Program-made: the position numbers and the translations under genes
Part shown: positions 13,251-29,764 of the stretch, one piece after another
How positions within the stretch are numbered: position 1 is the stretch's first letter
Layout of the letters: the number at the start of each line of letters is the position of its first letter
From: Chlorokybus atmophyticus
Taxonomy: Eukaryota; Plantae; Mesostigma and Chlorokybus algae
Direction of reading: 5' to 3'
NCBI GenBank assembly: GCA_009103225.1
Contig: RHPI01002568.1
Coordinates: forward strand, 137,742 to 201,741
DNA length: 64,000 nucleotides
The notes under the pieces: model-generated
What the model saw: the letters and a program-made list of their open reading frames with translations, nothing else
Database searches by the model: none
What the model was told of the DNA's origin: nothing

Positions 13251-14366
13251 ATGCACAACAGAAACTGACAATCACAACCGTATCTACGAAACTTGTGGCC
13301 CCATGACTGCCAACTTACACACTATTCACATATCAACGACGCATGGTCCTTCAGGCACCACTTACCCACTACCACACCAAGTTGGCCGCTCCCATTCTCC
13401 AGTGCGGCTACCTAAGCAAAACACCCATGACAACAGAGCCTGCACAAGCTGCCCAACAGCAAAACTTTTTGTCTCTCGTTTTCTTTTTTCACGCATCCTT
13501 TGTCTCTCTCAGCTCGTTACGGGCGCGTGCACTCGTCGTTGTAAGCAAGGGGAATCTGTCCCCTCCCGTCGAGCTCATTGCCACCCTTGATGATGTTGTG
13601 AAGCACCGGTCCGTATGCGAGGGGCGGGGTGTTGAGGTTGGGAGGTTGCACGATGTCATTGTTGCTAACAGCCAGACCACGCAATTTGACAGCACTCAGG
13701 TCATTGGCGTAATTGTACATCACGACCGGGTCAGCGTACCCGTCAATTGCAAAAGTGCCAATGAAGTCGAGGCCAAGGAGTTGGCGGAGCTTGAGGAGAG
13801 GGACGCCTTTTGTGCTTGTTGCTGTTGAAGTGAGGTCCCACACGTGCATGTAATTTCTTGTAATTTCTTCTGTGCCCATCGGCATATTGAAAGCGAACGA
13901 CCGCATACAACCGCTTCTTCGCTGTGAAAGGAGAAGATGGTTGGCTTGCGCATAGAGTGAAACATGCACGCACTCATACCACTGCAGCGCACATGCGCAT
14001 GATGACAGGGCATACCAACATTGACAGAGGAGCCACAATGCAAAAAGATAGGTGCACAACATGTACATGTGCAAGCATATTCTGACCTGAGTCAATGACG
14101 AGGTTTGAGAGTTGCACACCGCGTGCCGATGTGCTGCTGTATTTGCACAGGGTGTGCACGTTGGAGAGCAGCGATTGTGGTGGGTTGATGTTGCCGACGC
14201 AAATGCTGACAGTCTCGACTCTCTTCTCTGCACTACCCTGGTAGTAGTCCTCGGTCCAGTATAGCCTCCGCGGTTGAGCTGCACAACACCCAGTGGGCAT
14301 GTTGATGCCATGTGGGGCTAGGGTGCACGCATGAAAGACCACACATCTGCATGCGCGCATCAACAC

Positions 14367-15593
14367 ACACATGACCACTACCAGTCAGACACACATGAGC
14401 GCATCCACTCAGGGAGTATCAGCCGTGCATGCCACCGTGCGTGTGAGTGGTACGACTGACGAAACCCTAAGCATGCAGCCGGCAGCCGCAGCAGCAGTAC
14501 TGGTGGTGGCGGCGGTGTGGGAGAGCGGTGGCGGGGGGAGTTGGGTCTACTGGTCGTGGTGATTGTGGGCATCCGTGGGTGCAAGGCTGATACTGCTGGC
14601 GGTGTGACAGGTAATTAAGTCTGCCTGCATGCAGAGCTAACGGGGTACGGGCTGTAGTGAAGATAGGCAGCTAGGTAGCTAGGTTTGTATAGGTAGCCCG
14701 GTGGTAATAAAGATGTTGTGGGGTGTTGCCATGTTGATTGTGCTGGTGCTTGTATATGTCACATAGGCCGTGCAATGGTGAGTCACATGCACAGCATTGC
14801 ATATTTTCTACACTACCTGCCCTGGTTGGTGTCTTTTACCGTCCCACGCCAGAGGCCAGACCAGCGCGCTTGCGCCAGTTTGGGCAAGCGGCTGGCTACC
14901 CTATGTTACGACATAGGTTGCATGACACGTGCATGGCATGTTGCGAGTGGTATGTGTATTGCCTGTGGTGTGTATGGTGGTTGGTTTGGGTGCTTGACCG
15001 GGAGCACCATGCATGCGTAAGTAGTATAGCAAGTAGATATTTAGGGCCCGCCCTGTTAGCATGCATGGCAGTGCTGGAAATGGACGTGTACGCACAACAG
15101 TTGCAGTACATGGGGAGCAGGAGTGCCCGTGTCATCTAGGTGGAGTGCACATGACCACTACCAGTCAGACACACATGAGCGCATCCACTCAGGGAGTATC
15201 AGCCGTGCATGCCACCGTGCGTGTGAGTGGTACGACTGACGAAACCCTAAGCATGCAGCCGGCAGCCGCAGCAGCAGTACTGGTGGTGGCGGCGGTGTGG
15301 GAGAGCGGTGGCGGGGGGAGTTGGGTCTACTGGTCGTGGTGATTGTGGGCATCCGTGGGTGCAAGGCTGATACTGCTGGCGGTGTGACAGGTAATTAAGT
15401 CTGCCTGCATGCAGAGCTAACGGGGTACGGGCTGTAGTGAAGATAGGCAGCTAGGTAGCTAGGTTTGTATAGGTAGCCCGGTGGTAATAAAGATGTTGTG
15501 GGGTGTTGCCATGTTGATTGTGCTGGTGCTTGTATATGTCACATAGGCCGTGCAATGGTGAGTCACATGCACAGCATTGCATATTTTCTACAC
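14367..15593. repeat. Two ~447-bp direct repeats (14367-14813 and 15147-15593) separated by a 333-bp spacer
   Basis: No difference found between the two copies by eye. Period 780 bp; the flanks differ. Confidence 0.92.
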
Positions 15594-15643
15594 ACACAGG
15601 CAAGCAGAAGCACAGTGCATCAGGGTGCAGTGCCCTCCCATAC

Positions 15644-18032
<2,389 letters not shown>

Positions 18033-21000
18033 CTCACAGCGTGGACTAGGGGAAGGAAGGATGAGACAGAAATGAGAGTGGGCGGTGCTTTCTGGCACTT
18101 GCAGGCTGCAACTGCAAGAGTAAAGTCCTCACAAACAGGTAACAAGTTGCCTGTCTATATGTGAATGATGCATCCAGCATGTCCCCACCCACCCACACCC
18201 ACTAGGCGCCGCATTGCATCTGGCGAAAGGTGCTTCTTGCGCACCCCGTGCAAGCAGTCACCGTCAGCTCAACTTGAACTTGCACCGCCATGACGGATAC
18301 TTCCAGGTAGTAGTGTCGACCACCATTATGCAAGAGGCGTTAACATATAGGCTGTTGCCAGGCAGGGAGCAGTCGCCTGCTTGGGGAAAGCACGCACCAC
18401 CAAGGCTGTTTCTTGCAGCTGCTGACATGTGCAGCAAATAACCAGGCACAACAAACGCAAGCCACGCAAGGCCAAGACGAATCCAGTATCATCCACAGAG
18501 CACACCGTGACGGGAAGTACTTTGCAAGCTGTCGCATCAATATCATCTGCTGGAGACGACAGGTTGTCGCATCACCAGCAGGGCGCAACACAAAGTGACT
18601 AATGCTTGCCACCCAAGCCTGCTGCATCGGGTATGGGAAAGTCGTTTCATACAAGTTGTCTAGCACCTAACCTTTTGTGTGACTTTACTAGTGCCAATGC
18701 CGTGGCCTCTTCCCATATTGTGCCCCATTGCAGGTCACACCAGCAAAGGTCCTTTGTAAATACAAGACACAGTAGGGCAACATCGGCGCATATTTCAGGA
18801 ACTTCTGAGAACTTCAGCAGCGCTGTCAGCATGTCAGTCAAGCAAGAAAGCAGGCATGCAGAGAGCATACCGTCTGTTTCTAATGATGTTGACGTTGTTG
18901 GAAACAGACGGTAGTGCACAGTCAACTGTCAGGTTGGGTGCCACCTGCATGAATATTATCGTAGATGTAGGTCATAATGTGCCGAGTTCTTAAGCAGTAT
19001 GCATCGGTGCATGCAGCTCAGCCTGCAACAGGTGAGCACGCTGTTTGTGGGTTGTCATCCAGAGTAGGCAGTCATGGACTCAGTGTTGCAGCCAGTTCTT
19101 TCTTACGTCACTTCGACCGGTTTGTTGATGCTGCTGGTTGCCAACCCATTGCCCACCGGAAGCAGCATGTGTGACTGAGCCTGCATGCACGCTTTCTCTC
19201 TCCTACATTTACTGGTGCTATGATGTGGTTGTGTGCAGGCGCCTGCCCTACACAAGGCAAGAATGGTGCGCTCTGTCTCACGGGTGATCCCAACATGCAG
19301 TGCTACTGCTTCCCTTTCATCAATGCAGCAACGAGTGAGAGAGCGCATTGCTTGGCTTATGTATACCACAATGGCGCTGAGTCTGTGATGACTGCTTGCA
19401 GGGGAGCCTACACGCTTGACGACACCCAGAAAGTTTACATACTTGGTGTACATAAATCTGCAAAACTATTCTAGACATGCAGTGGATGCCTTGCACAGTG
19501 TGAAACGCTGCCTTGTGAGTGCCGTTGTGCCTATGCTCTGCATATACAAGTGGGAAAGGCCTCTGATGATTGAAAGCATGCGCTCTGCAAGCACTCAATG
19601 CTGTGGTGTGCAATGCAACATGGACGCAGCTAAGAATTGACGCGCTGAGTTCATGCCATGTCCAACTCCCTGCGAGAGCTGTAGGCGTAAAGCGTCCGCA
19701 ACAACTTAGCATACTCGGAACAAGCATTTTGCATAGTTTTACCCACAACACACACATGCTGTTGCTGCTGATGATGTGCACATGGGAACAGAGGCAGTAA
19801 AGCACATCCCATGCTTTGCGGCTGTGCACTGCCTGGGAGACTATGCGACCAGACCAGCCGGTTTGCAAAGGACAACTAGTCAACGACCAGTCCTGGCACG
19901 CACGCACGCACGCACAACACACAACGTTTCTTTTTTCTTTTGTGTTTGCACGTAGAATGACAACCACCCACGCTGTATGCTCACCTCTAGCAGCGGGTCC
20001 TTTCTGCTGTGCACTGTCATACTCCAGCAGAACACGCCTGTCCTGCCGCCGCTGCTGCTGCCGCAAGTACAAGTCATGCTCGTGACATAGAGAGCTGCTT
20101 AGCCGGCTGCCTGTTTCGGCAGTTGACACAGCAACACACAAGGAGAAATCGATGGACAATCAACACGTCATGCACAGACAGCTGCATGTCAACAGGTCTT
20201 GCCTTCTTCCTCCTAAGCTAGCAAGGCAGCTGCCTCTTTGCAAGCGAGACTTTAATTTACTACTGTACTCTGCTGAGGTTAGACTCGTCTTTCCCTCAGC
20301 CGGCAAAGCCGCCACTAGCGACAGCGTAGCGTAGGATGCCCGGCTGCAGGCACTCAACAACCCCACCTGCAACCACACCAGCAGCACTGTCCTGCAGCTG
20401 GCCACGCTGCTTGTGCATGCTGCTGCTCCCACTGCCCAGGGCGGCCTCCTCCACTATCCCATCCCAGCGCTGTCGCAGCCAGTGCGACTCTACTTTCCTC
20501 CCAAACCACCGCAAATCCAGCGACTCTACTTTCCTCCATCCGATAATGTCCTCGGCGACAACACCGCCGCAGGTATGCCAGAGGCATCGTGCAACCCGGC
20601 GGTAACTCACTGCACTTTTGAGCTTTCAACCATCCGCCGTACAGCTTGTGCACCAAACGGGCCTACACTGTGTACCGGGTATTCTCTATGCATGCATGCG
20701 GTGGAGTCTGAGCCTACGGCTTGAGCTGTTTGACCCTTCATAGTCCACCATGAAGCCTGGTGTGCCTACAGAACAAAGTGCCATGCGGCTATGTGACTTG
20801 CTACGGTTGATTACAACTTGGTATACAAAGACGATGTGTCCGCAAGCAGTACAGCTTGGGGTGCACATTAGTAACTGTAAGTAGGTAACTCCCGTCACAA
20901 TAGAAGTGAGTGGCAATACACACAACTACTGCCTATACACCCAATTAGGCATTTTGCTTTACACCAAGCCACATATGACAAAGCATGGAAGTTAAATGTA

Positions 21001-22995
21001 CATATCGATTGGTGATGTATTTTACATAGCATATATGCATTCAAGACTTATGGCATGTGGTTATCAAGTGTACAGCCTGTACACTTTGTAACCACATGCC
21101 ATGAGTTTGGCGACCTGTACAGTACAGGTCGACCCTGCGCACATGATATTTCAAGCATGTGTTAAAGGAGTGTAAATACATAACTTTAAAAAAGTATAGA
21201 TGTGCATTTGTGTCCATGCATGTGTTAAATTTCACAACATAAAAAACAGTACATGATGAAAGGTAAGATACATGTTATTGATGTAGATGTTAACATAAAT
21301 GGATGTATGAAGTATTTATGGTCTCGAACATTAATGACTAGTAGATTGACATGTTAATAAATGTATTTAACATTAGTATATATACAGTATGAGTCACCAC
21401 TTTTTATGTAATAATACCAATATTACAGCAAATGGCTAGTATCAGCAATAAGCGGCCACGGTATTCAACATCAGAACTACGCATACCTCATGTATGCGCA
21501 ATACCATTTACGTATGATAATATCTGATGCAAGTGCTTGATATAAGATTGCATCGGCATTGGTATAAATATATTATTATCTTGCATCAGCAACACACACA
21601 CACAATCTCTTAATGACATGTTTGTAAAGCAGGCCTTTGATGTAATGAATGTAAACACAACTTGTGTAAAAAGGTTGAAGCTTGCACATTGTCATAAAGT
21701 ACGACTAAAATCATGCATAATGAGCCTTATACAGCCTTATTACAGATCATTAGCATCCTCGTATACACTGTCCTGGCGAATTGGTTGAACTTGAGCCCCT
21801 TGCTTGGGCGCCTCGGAGGGAGCACGGCAGCTGCTCCGCACATGGTCGTTTGACAGGACCTGGCCTGGCCTGGTGTGCTGATTTGACAGGAGGAGGGGTC
21901 AGCTTCACGCGGGGCGCCACTTCAGCGGCGGCGGCGGGCGTGCGGTTGAGCCACCTACTCCGCTTGTGCTGCTTGAGCATGAACAAGCAGTCTGCGACAT
22001 TGCAAGCAGAAGCTTGCAGAGCTGCTGCTGGTGAACGGCCCCAGACCTGGCCTGTCTCCGCCCGCCTGTGCGCCCTGGCCGGCGGCCCTGGAGGAGACCA
22101 GCAAGCAGGCGAGCGGTGCACGCGGTCGCCAGCTCAGCTGGTTAAACAAGGCTGCTTTGTGCCAACTCGCAAGATCGACCTGCTGGCTGCCAACTCTGCT
22201 CTTCCCTGGCCAAGGTGAGTGCGCCGCACTAGTGTCTACTGTGCATGTATATAGACCGGTTTTGCTTCCGCACTGTGTGCTGAAGCATTCCATACAACAG
22301 TTAGTGCAGGAACGCTGGTTTTCACTGCTGGATGCACTGGCTCGAGCCACTTGGTCTAACCTCGCTCCACGCTTGCAGTTGGCAAACACGCAGTGAGTTC
22401 AACGTAAGCAGCATGAGCTTGCGTGAACTCACGCGTGTGTTGTTCAGCTGTTGGACTGGCAGTCTTGGCTGTACCTCAAAAGTGCAAGCTTGCAAGCTGG
22501 CCATGAAATGTGTATATCTTGGAACATCTCTGCTGGTGCTGCGGTCAGGGCGCTGTAGTCAACAAAGCCATCAATTGCAGCAGTCCATTGCGGGCTTCTT
22601 GTGATCAAGGCAACCAAGGGCAATCACTAGCATCTGATTTGAGTTTGCCACGCAAGCACCGTTACCATGGCAGATGCTGCCTTCCTCCCAGCCCTTACGG
22701 CAATCGAGCTGATTGTGGACATGGCAAAGCAGGTCAGCAATTGTGGTTGAGTTCACAGCGTGCTCTATAGCTCTGTTGTAATTTTACAGTTGTTAGCCAG
22801 ACGACTACCCAGCTTTTCTTGGCAAGCATATCACCCACGCACACGCGCACTTACACACGTGCATACAAATGCCCACAATCGCATATGCGCTTGCATGCTT
22901 GCATGCATATGCATATGTCCACACGTATGGACATCGACTCAGACGCGTATGCATACATCTACACGCGCATTACACACATGTACGGGTGCTGCCCC

Positions 22996-23192
22996 NNNNN
23001 NNNNNNNNNNNNNNNNNNNNNNNNNNNNNNNNNNNNNNNNNNNNNNNNNNNNNNNNNNNNNNNNNNNNNNNNNNNNNNNNNNNNNNNNNNNNNNNNNNNN
23101 NNNNNNNNNNNNNNNNNNNNNNNNNNNNNNNNNNNNNNNNNNNNNNNNNNNNNNNNNNNNNNNNNNNNNNNNNNNNNNNNNNNNNNNNNNNN
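22996..23192. other. Assembly gap (197 N)
   Basis: Run of n. Confidence 1.
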
Positions 23193-23744
23193 CCCTCGCC
23201 GGCCCCCGGCCCCGCAATCCTTTATGCATAATAGTGGTTATCGCTGGTTGTAGGTGAAAACGAACCAGAAAAATTGTGTTGTGGTGACAAGAAAAGTTGG
23301 CTTCCTGAAGCACTTCTTGGGTTCCCTTCAGAAGCATTGTGTCGGGGACAGCTCTGTCACCATGCCATCCCTCACTTCACTTAACCAATCACTGCAACGC
23401 TCTGCAGAGGCAATTTGCCACTGCCAAAGCAGCAGCGTTTACTCCTTGTTGTGGAACAACAAGAGCGTCACCGACCGCCTCAATGGCTGCTTGCAAGTCA
23501 GTGGCTTGAAATGTGGACGCTCACAGCGCTTCTTGTAACTGCTGCACTTGTTGAAACTGATCGCTAATGCATGCCTGCTAGGACATTGAACAAAGCTTGA
23601 ACAGCTTAGACCTTGCAAGTCTCAACGATGCGGATGCGACATGCGGTCTGCGGGCTTTGATTGCAGAGGATCTAAAGGTGCAATGCTTAGAACTGTTGAT
23701 GACTTTACCATAGCCAACAACGCGAATGTATGAATGTATGCCAG

Positions 23745-25562
23745 GACACCAAGCTGGTGGTGGCTGCAGAGGACGCATTACTGGCAGAGATTGTGCGCGC
23801 GCTTGTGCACGGGCCGCAAGCTGATAAGGCCATCAAGCGGCGGCTAGAAGTTGTGTTGAACGGCATGGGCGACCTTGCGTGCCTTGAGGAGGATATCGCC
23901 TGCTTGACCAGCAGGATTCAAGCCCAGTCTCAAAGCACAGACACGGAGCAATTGGAGCTAGACTACTTGACAAAGATCGTTGCCTTGCTTAATCAGGTGG
24001 CATCCACCCACAGCGCTAACCATGTGAGGGAGAAGGTTGCAGAGTTGGAGCCGTTGGAGGGCTTCAACTGTCCGATATCTACGCTGGTCATGGAGGACCC
24101 AATAATCATAATGGGATCAGGTCAAACATGCGATCGCTTGAGCGCAGAACGTTGGTTCGCTGATGGGCATACCACGTGCCCTGTCACAGGTTAGTGTTCT
24201 AGAGTGCAGCTGTATACCAGCAGTGAGCAAGTGGCCTTAGTGTTGTGCTACTGAGAACGACGAATTGTATACACATAATGCCAACCAGTACTCGCTGGTG
24301 CAGGTGTACAGCTATCATCAACCCAGCGCATCCCGAACTACGCGCTGCGGTGTGCTGTGGAGGATTGGCTGAAGCGTCAAAGCACAATTCTGTCACCGGC
24401 AACTTCCCCAACAACAGCTGGCGCAAGCTTCTCAGCGCACCCCCAGGGCTCAGATCACAGCGGTAACTTGCCAGCAGCAATTAGCACAAGCGCGTCAGCG
24501 CCTTATCAGCGGCAAGCCGCCTGTAACACCTCATCATACGAGACTAGACTCGTGCTGCAAAGCAGAGGGGACGCTCGTCAGCTCTGTGCGCTCGTGCGTC
24601 CGGGCATGTCCATGTCTGTGCAAGTGGAAGCCCTGGCCGCATTGCGCCGCGTGGCAGTGAATGGGCAACACGCTGCCGTTGCTGAAGCTGGTGCAATTGC
24701 CAAGTTAGTTAGACTTTTGCACGATGGTATGCCGACCTGCAAGGTGCGAGCAGCAGACGTTCTGGGCATCTTGGCCCGGTCGAGCACTACTTTGAGCAGG
24801 GAAATCACCATGGCGGAAGCCATTGCCCCTCTGGTGGCGTTGCTGCAGACAGGCACGCCAACATGCCAGCAGTACGCAGCTTTGGCTCTCTCCAAGCTAG
24901 CTTGTACTTCTGAGAACGTGCAGGTTATGCGCAGTGCAGGAGCTATCGGGCCACTGGTCACGCTGCTTCACACGTCCCACGCACCAGTGGTCAAGCGGGC
25001 TGCTATGAGAGCGATTGCGCAGTTGATTCGTCATGACGCTTGTGCTGCTGTGGCCAGTGTCGCGGCTGGGGCGGTTGTGCCGCTAGTGGCACTTCTGTGT
25101 GACGAGAATCTGGACTGCCAGGACTTGGCAGCGGGTGTCTTTGATGATCTTGCATGTCAACTTGAAGTTGCAGATGGCTGGGTGGCTGTTGTGTGCGCTG
25201 AAGCCATCCCTGCCCTCGTGGCTATGCTGAGCGCGAGCACGCCAACATGCCAGCAGCGCGCCGCTGAGGCCCTCGCCAGCATGGCGCATGCGAGTACCGA
25301 GAACAGGTTGGCAATCGGCCGCGCTGGAGCTGTCAGGCCATTGGTGGCGCTACTTGGTATATCAAGCACACCAGAATGCAAGTTGGCGGCCGCAAGAGCA
25401 CTTTGTTATCTTGCCTACAAGAACAAACGTGCTAACGCGGCAATCATTGCGGCTGAGGCCGTTGCACCGCTGCAGGCCCTTTGGGATGCATATGCACATG
25501 CATATGGCGAACCACTATGTCAAGTACCCGCGGCAAGCGCGCCCCGTCGTCTCGCGCAGTGA
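23745..25562 (+). CDS. U-box/ARM-repeat (PUB-type) E3 ligase, copy 2; last two exons (23745-24189, 24304-25562) are open
   Basis: U-box FNCPISTLVMEDPIIIMGSGQTCDRLSAERWFADGHTTCPVTG|VQLSSTQRIPNYALRCAVEDWL, joined by a phase-1 GT-AG intron (24190-24303), then ~6 ARM repeats. Upstream exons (~22050-22740) are uncertain and separated by the gap. Confidence 0.85.
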
Positions 25563-28389
25563 TGTTGCAGAAAATGTTGTCGTCTGCGTGGTCTCCATGC
25601 CAAGGAACCTCTGCATCCACGTTGTGCTGAGCAAGAGCATGCAGCAGTGTCAGCAATTGACGCTACAGCTCTCAGCTTACAGCATGTGAATTCCACGGTG
25701 ATGACACGCAAAGAGCCAGCATCAAGCGAGAGAGCCGCGCACAAAGAGCGCTCAGTCATGGCTGATGAGCTTACGCAGCCAAGCATTGTTATCAGAGCGA
25801 GTTGTAACTGTTGTTGCAGACAGACAATGCCGCAAAATAAAAGGTAATTGCTGGTGCCTTGGCTTAGCAGGAGGTGCGTAGGTCAGGTGCTGTGTCATGT
25901 TATGTTATGTTATGTTATGGTCGTATGTGTGTTAATTTGTACGCAATCCGCTGCTGCTAGGCAACCAAAGAATATTGGCCGTGTATTTGTTTGTTTTTGC
26001 TGAATGATACCACATATAACCGACTGCATACCATAGATTGTCGTCTACTAGTGAAAGCCCGCAGACAGGGTCACACATGGCCGAGCACGCGAACCCCCCG
26101 TTGTGACCAATGGCGCTCCTCTTGTACTGGTCCCGGGCAAAGGCGCAGTCTGGTGTGCACATGTGCGTATTATTACTCCTCATGATCATATGCATATGTT
26201 GAAAGAGACCATATGCTTGCTGCCTGCACTTGGACATGTTGTGAAAATGCGCAGGTGTATATAAATCCAAAACTGTTCTAGAGATGCAATGAATGCCTTG
26301 CACACATTGATCATGTTCAACAGCAGCATGCATGGCAGCTCACTACATGCATACCTGCAGAAGACCACAACAACCACCGGGCAACACTACTCACTCTACG
26401 GCCTAACCAACCAAGTACCCCACCCTGTTAGGCATGAGTGCATGGGATTGCCGACTGAATCCTGTACCTGTAGTACGGCTGTTGGTTAGCAGCCCATCCT
26501 TGCAACGAGGTCCACAGCAGCAGACCCAACGGACTCCCCCTCCTCCTTCGCCCACATCCCCGCCGCCACCTCCGCCCGCCTACTGTCGCGTCGCTAACTG
26601 CCATTTTTAGGGTTCGTGTTAGTACACGCATGCATGCATATACGGCAGGCACGGCCACTCCCTCTGTGTCGCGGCTCCATGTGTGTGCATAGTTGAGGAG
26701 CAGGACATGCCCGCCCAATGCAGGTTGTTACGCACTTACAAGGACAGAAGCCCACCCTCTTGATGTTGTGGCAGCCAGCCTATCCTGATTCTGTCTGACA
26801 CAGCAAATTGTTCTTCGAGTGTAAGTTGCGAACGAACTTGCGGGCAACGCCACTTGTAAAGCACGCACATACCGTGTTGAGGTGCGGGCTACGCTGCGCT
26901 GGCATCCCTACACTTCTTGCTTGGTCTTGCATCGCAAATAACGTTTCCCACACCGCCACCAGACATCCGTGCCTCTGACACTGCACTGCGGTTGGCACCG
27001 CATCTGCCAGTGGGTGTATGTGCACATACATCCACGTCATACGTGTATGCATATGTTCGCATGCATGTATTAGTGTATATAAGGGGTATGGTACGGTGTG
27101 CAAGGCGTATGTGAGCTCGCGTGTTGCGCACCGCTCTGAGTGTCTTCACCCTTACGCATACAGATACAGGTGACCACTGTGGTCGCCTGGGTCCATTGTG
27201 GCGCCTCCACTACAACTCCGATCCGTCGTGTCAACCGCGGCAATGCAGCTCTATGTCACAGCCTTGTTGCAGTTCTATCAATGCTGAGCACCATGTCAAA
27301 CTCACACTTCGCACACTGAATCGCAGTGTTATCCAGCTCAGACTCGGCACCTTTGCCACAAGCCGCCAGCAGACGTGTGGCAGAGGTAATGTTGCAGATG
27401 GGTACTGTCTCAGTGTGCGGTCCTCAGCACAAGTTCTGAGCATCAGATACATAAGAATCACACAACCAAGCAACTGCTTCATTGAGTTATGCGGCAGAGA
27501 TGGAGTGACACGATGTGTGGTGCGTGGGAATGCTTATCTACCAGTGCATAGCAGCCGCATATAACAGCACTCTGCCCGCATCATCTTGAAGGTTGCTGTG
27601 TGCGCGCAAAGGTCCAACGCCTTGGCACAAACGGCATGCGCATGCATGTTGGCCACTGGTGGTGACGACTGACAGCAGACGGATAGTTGTAAGCAGGCTT
27701 GGCACAATGAGTTGACAAGCACCATGTGTAGCGTATCACAAGCAACTCAGGCACTCCTTTTTCTCGACCACTGCCTGGATAATAATCGAGATTCGTCCAC
27801 ATGTGCATGCATGGCATGTGCAAAACCGGCGCACTAAGGGAGTTGTCCATAGAGGCCCCATGCATACATCAATCGTGAGTCATCAAGTCATTGACCATCA
27901 GTGGCAGTCAACGCGCAATGTGGTACAGCTTTTCGTGAAAGTGGTGTCATGTCACGTCGTCGTCGACAACCATTGCATGCGTCACGCCAGCGTGCAGGTG
28001 AGCTGCGCTGAGCTCTATGGCGACTCTGTCCAATTGTCACTCTGCTTCATGCAATGCAAAGCTTCCATGTGACGATGTTAACCAAAAGAGATCATCTTGG
28101 CGCTCGACTGGGGCACCAAGGCGTGCACACGTACACGCACACGCACGCACACACATGGACCAACACAAACCCCTTCCCGCGTGTGCAGGACTACACATGG
28201 ATGTTATGGGACTCGCAGGATGGAGGGTGCGTACTGTTTCCTTGCTCGTTGCTGCGGCGCCTCCAACTGCTTCCCATTCAATGCGGAGGCTTCAATGATG
28301 TTCGATTGATCAAGCAAGCGAAATGCGACAGCGCTACTCAGGTGGCGTTTGTACAGAAACTGCGGAGTATAGATGTGTGTGCGCGGGGG

Positions 28390-29470
28390 GGGGGGAGCAC
28401 CTTCAAGCTGCTCCAATAACATCAATGCGAGGCAAAGGAAAGACATTCTTTTTCGTGATGTTGTTGCGCGGCCGGTACTTAACGCACATGCGCAAGGCTC
28501 CTGTCTTGCGCACAAACAAGATAGGTGCACCATAAGGAGACTTGCTAGGCTTAATGTATCCACATTGCAGCGGGTCCCCAACTTGTCGCTCCGCCTCCTC
28601 GAGCTCAGCCGGAGACAACTTGTACACCGGTCTGTACAGCGGCTTGTGCAAGGCGGCTTGTGAAGCCCTTAACGAGCTCAACATGGTGATCAACGCTGCG
28701 CGCGGGTGGCAAACCAGATGGTAAACCGTCCACCATGATGTTTTTAAACTCCTCAAGCAACTTCTGCACTTCAGGGTCTTCCAAACGGTTCCTCGGTTCC
28801 TCCACACCAGTGCCAACCAGCTTCGGATCTGACTTTGACGGTGTGTCACGCCCCAAACACAACCATGCATCCTTCACGTCATTTCCGGACCAGATCTGCT
28901 CCATCTCAGCCTCAGAAACTTGTGACACCAGCTCCGGAGCCCTCCCTCTCAAGCTAGAAGCATGTTGTTGTGCATCTTGCTGAAACGCTTTCACGCCATG
29001 CACCTCACGCGCATTTGGTGCATTACTGGCAGCTGCGACGCAGCTCACATGCTCTTGAACTAAACACAACGGGAAAAAGCATCCAAGCAAGTCATAGCCA
29101 TACCACCACCTTCCGCGGCAGCAAATAGGCGCTTCCTTCAATCAATGGCGGGGTTATATCATATACATATATATCATACACATGATGTCTAAAACCAAGG
29201 TAGCCCCAAAGCCGTTGCCGAGCTCGATGCAGCAAAACCGTAGGCTATCCTCCATTATCCCCACGTGGACTTCAAGCTCTTTGTGCAGCTTTGTAGCTCC
29301 GGTGCACGGCCGTCTGCAAGAGTCACGGAGCCGGCATTCATCCACAAGAGCCACTTGTGTCGACGCGCAACCTCCCAATTCATGAAGTTGCTGTTCGCGC
29401 CGCTATCGAGTAGCAATTTGCATTCCACCCAAGGCTCATCACCCTCCTGAACCATGGCCATGACTGTCAG
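28390..29470 (-). mobile_element. pol: Degenerate Ty3/Gypsy pol fragment (protease plus RT N-terminus)
   Basis: LLLDSGANSNF (aspartic protease), [18 protein letters not shown], and [42 protein letters not shown]. Frameshifted and truncated. Confidence 0.9.
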
Positions 29471-29729
29471 CAACTGCCTCGCCTCAGGGCACACGAACCA
29501 CACCGTTCCGCGTCCTAGTTGCGCCGCACATGCCGCCAACAGTCATCGGCGCATACACGAAAGGTTCTGAATTGTTAATATAAAAATGAGGCTCCGTCTT
29601 GACCCCAGCAGCAGCCTTAACTACTGAGGTGAGCCATTTCCCGACTGCAACATCTCCNACTACTGCTCACCACTGACATATGGGCAATGATAATGGATAG
29701 TGCAGACGACTACCACTTCCAATTAAAGC

Positions 29730-29764
<35 letters not shown>

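Noticed and set aside
13517-13620. GH19 chitinase similarity (DGRGQIPLAYN versus GRGPIQLSWN)
   Set aside because: One short motif with no other GH19 features.
14367-15593. Firm TRIM/LTR call for the 447-bp repeats
   Set aside because: No TG...CA ends, PBS, PPT or TSD found.
18100-20700. Short Cys-rich and Pro-rich exon-like fragments
   Set aside because: They contain stops and could not be joined into a phase-consistent gene or assigned to a family.
22760-23337. ORFs containing runs of X
   Set aside because: They span the N gap.
29730-29764. Poly-Cys/poly-Ser ORFs
   Set aside because: (GCT)n microsatellite.
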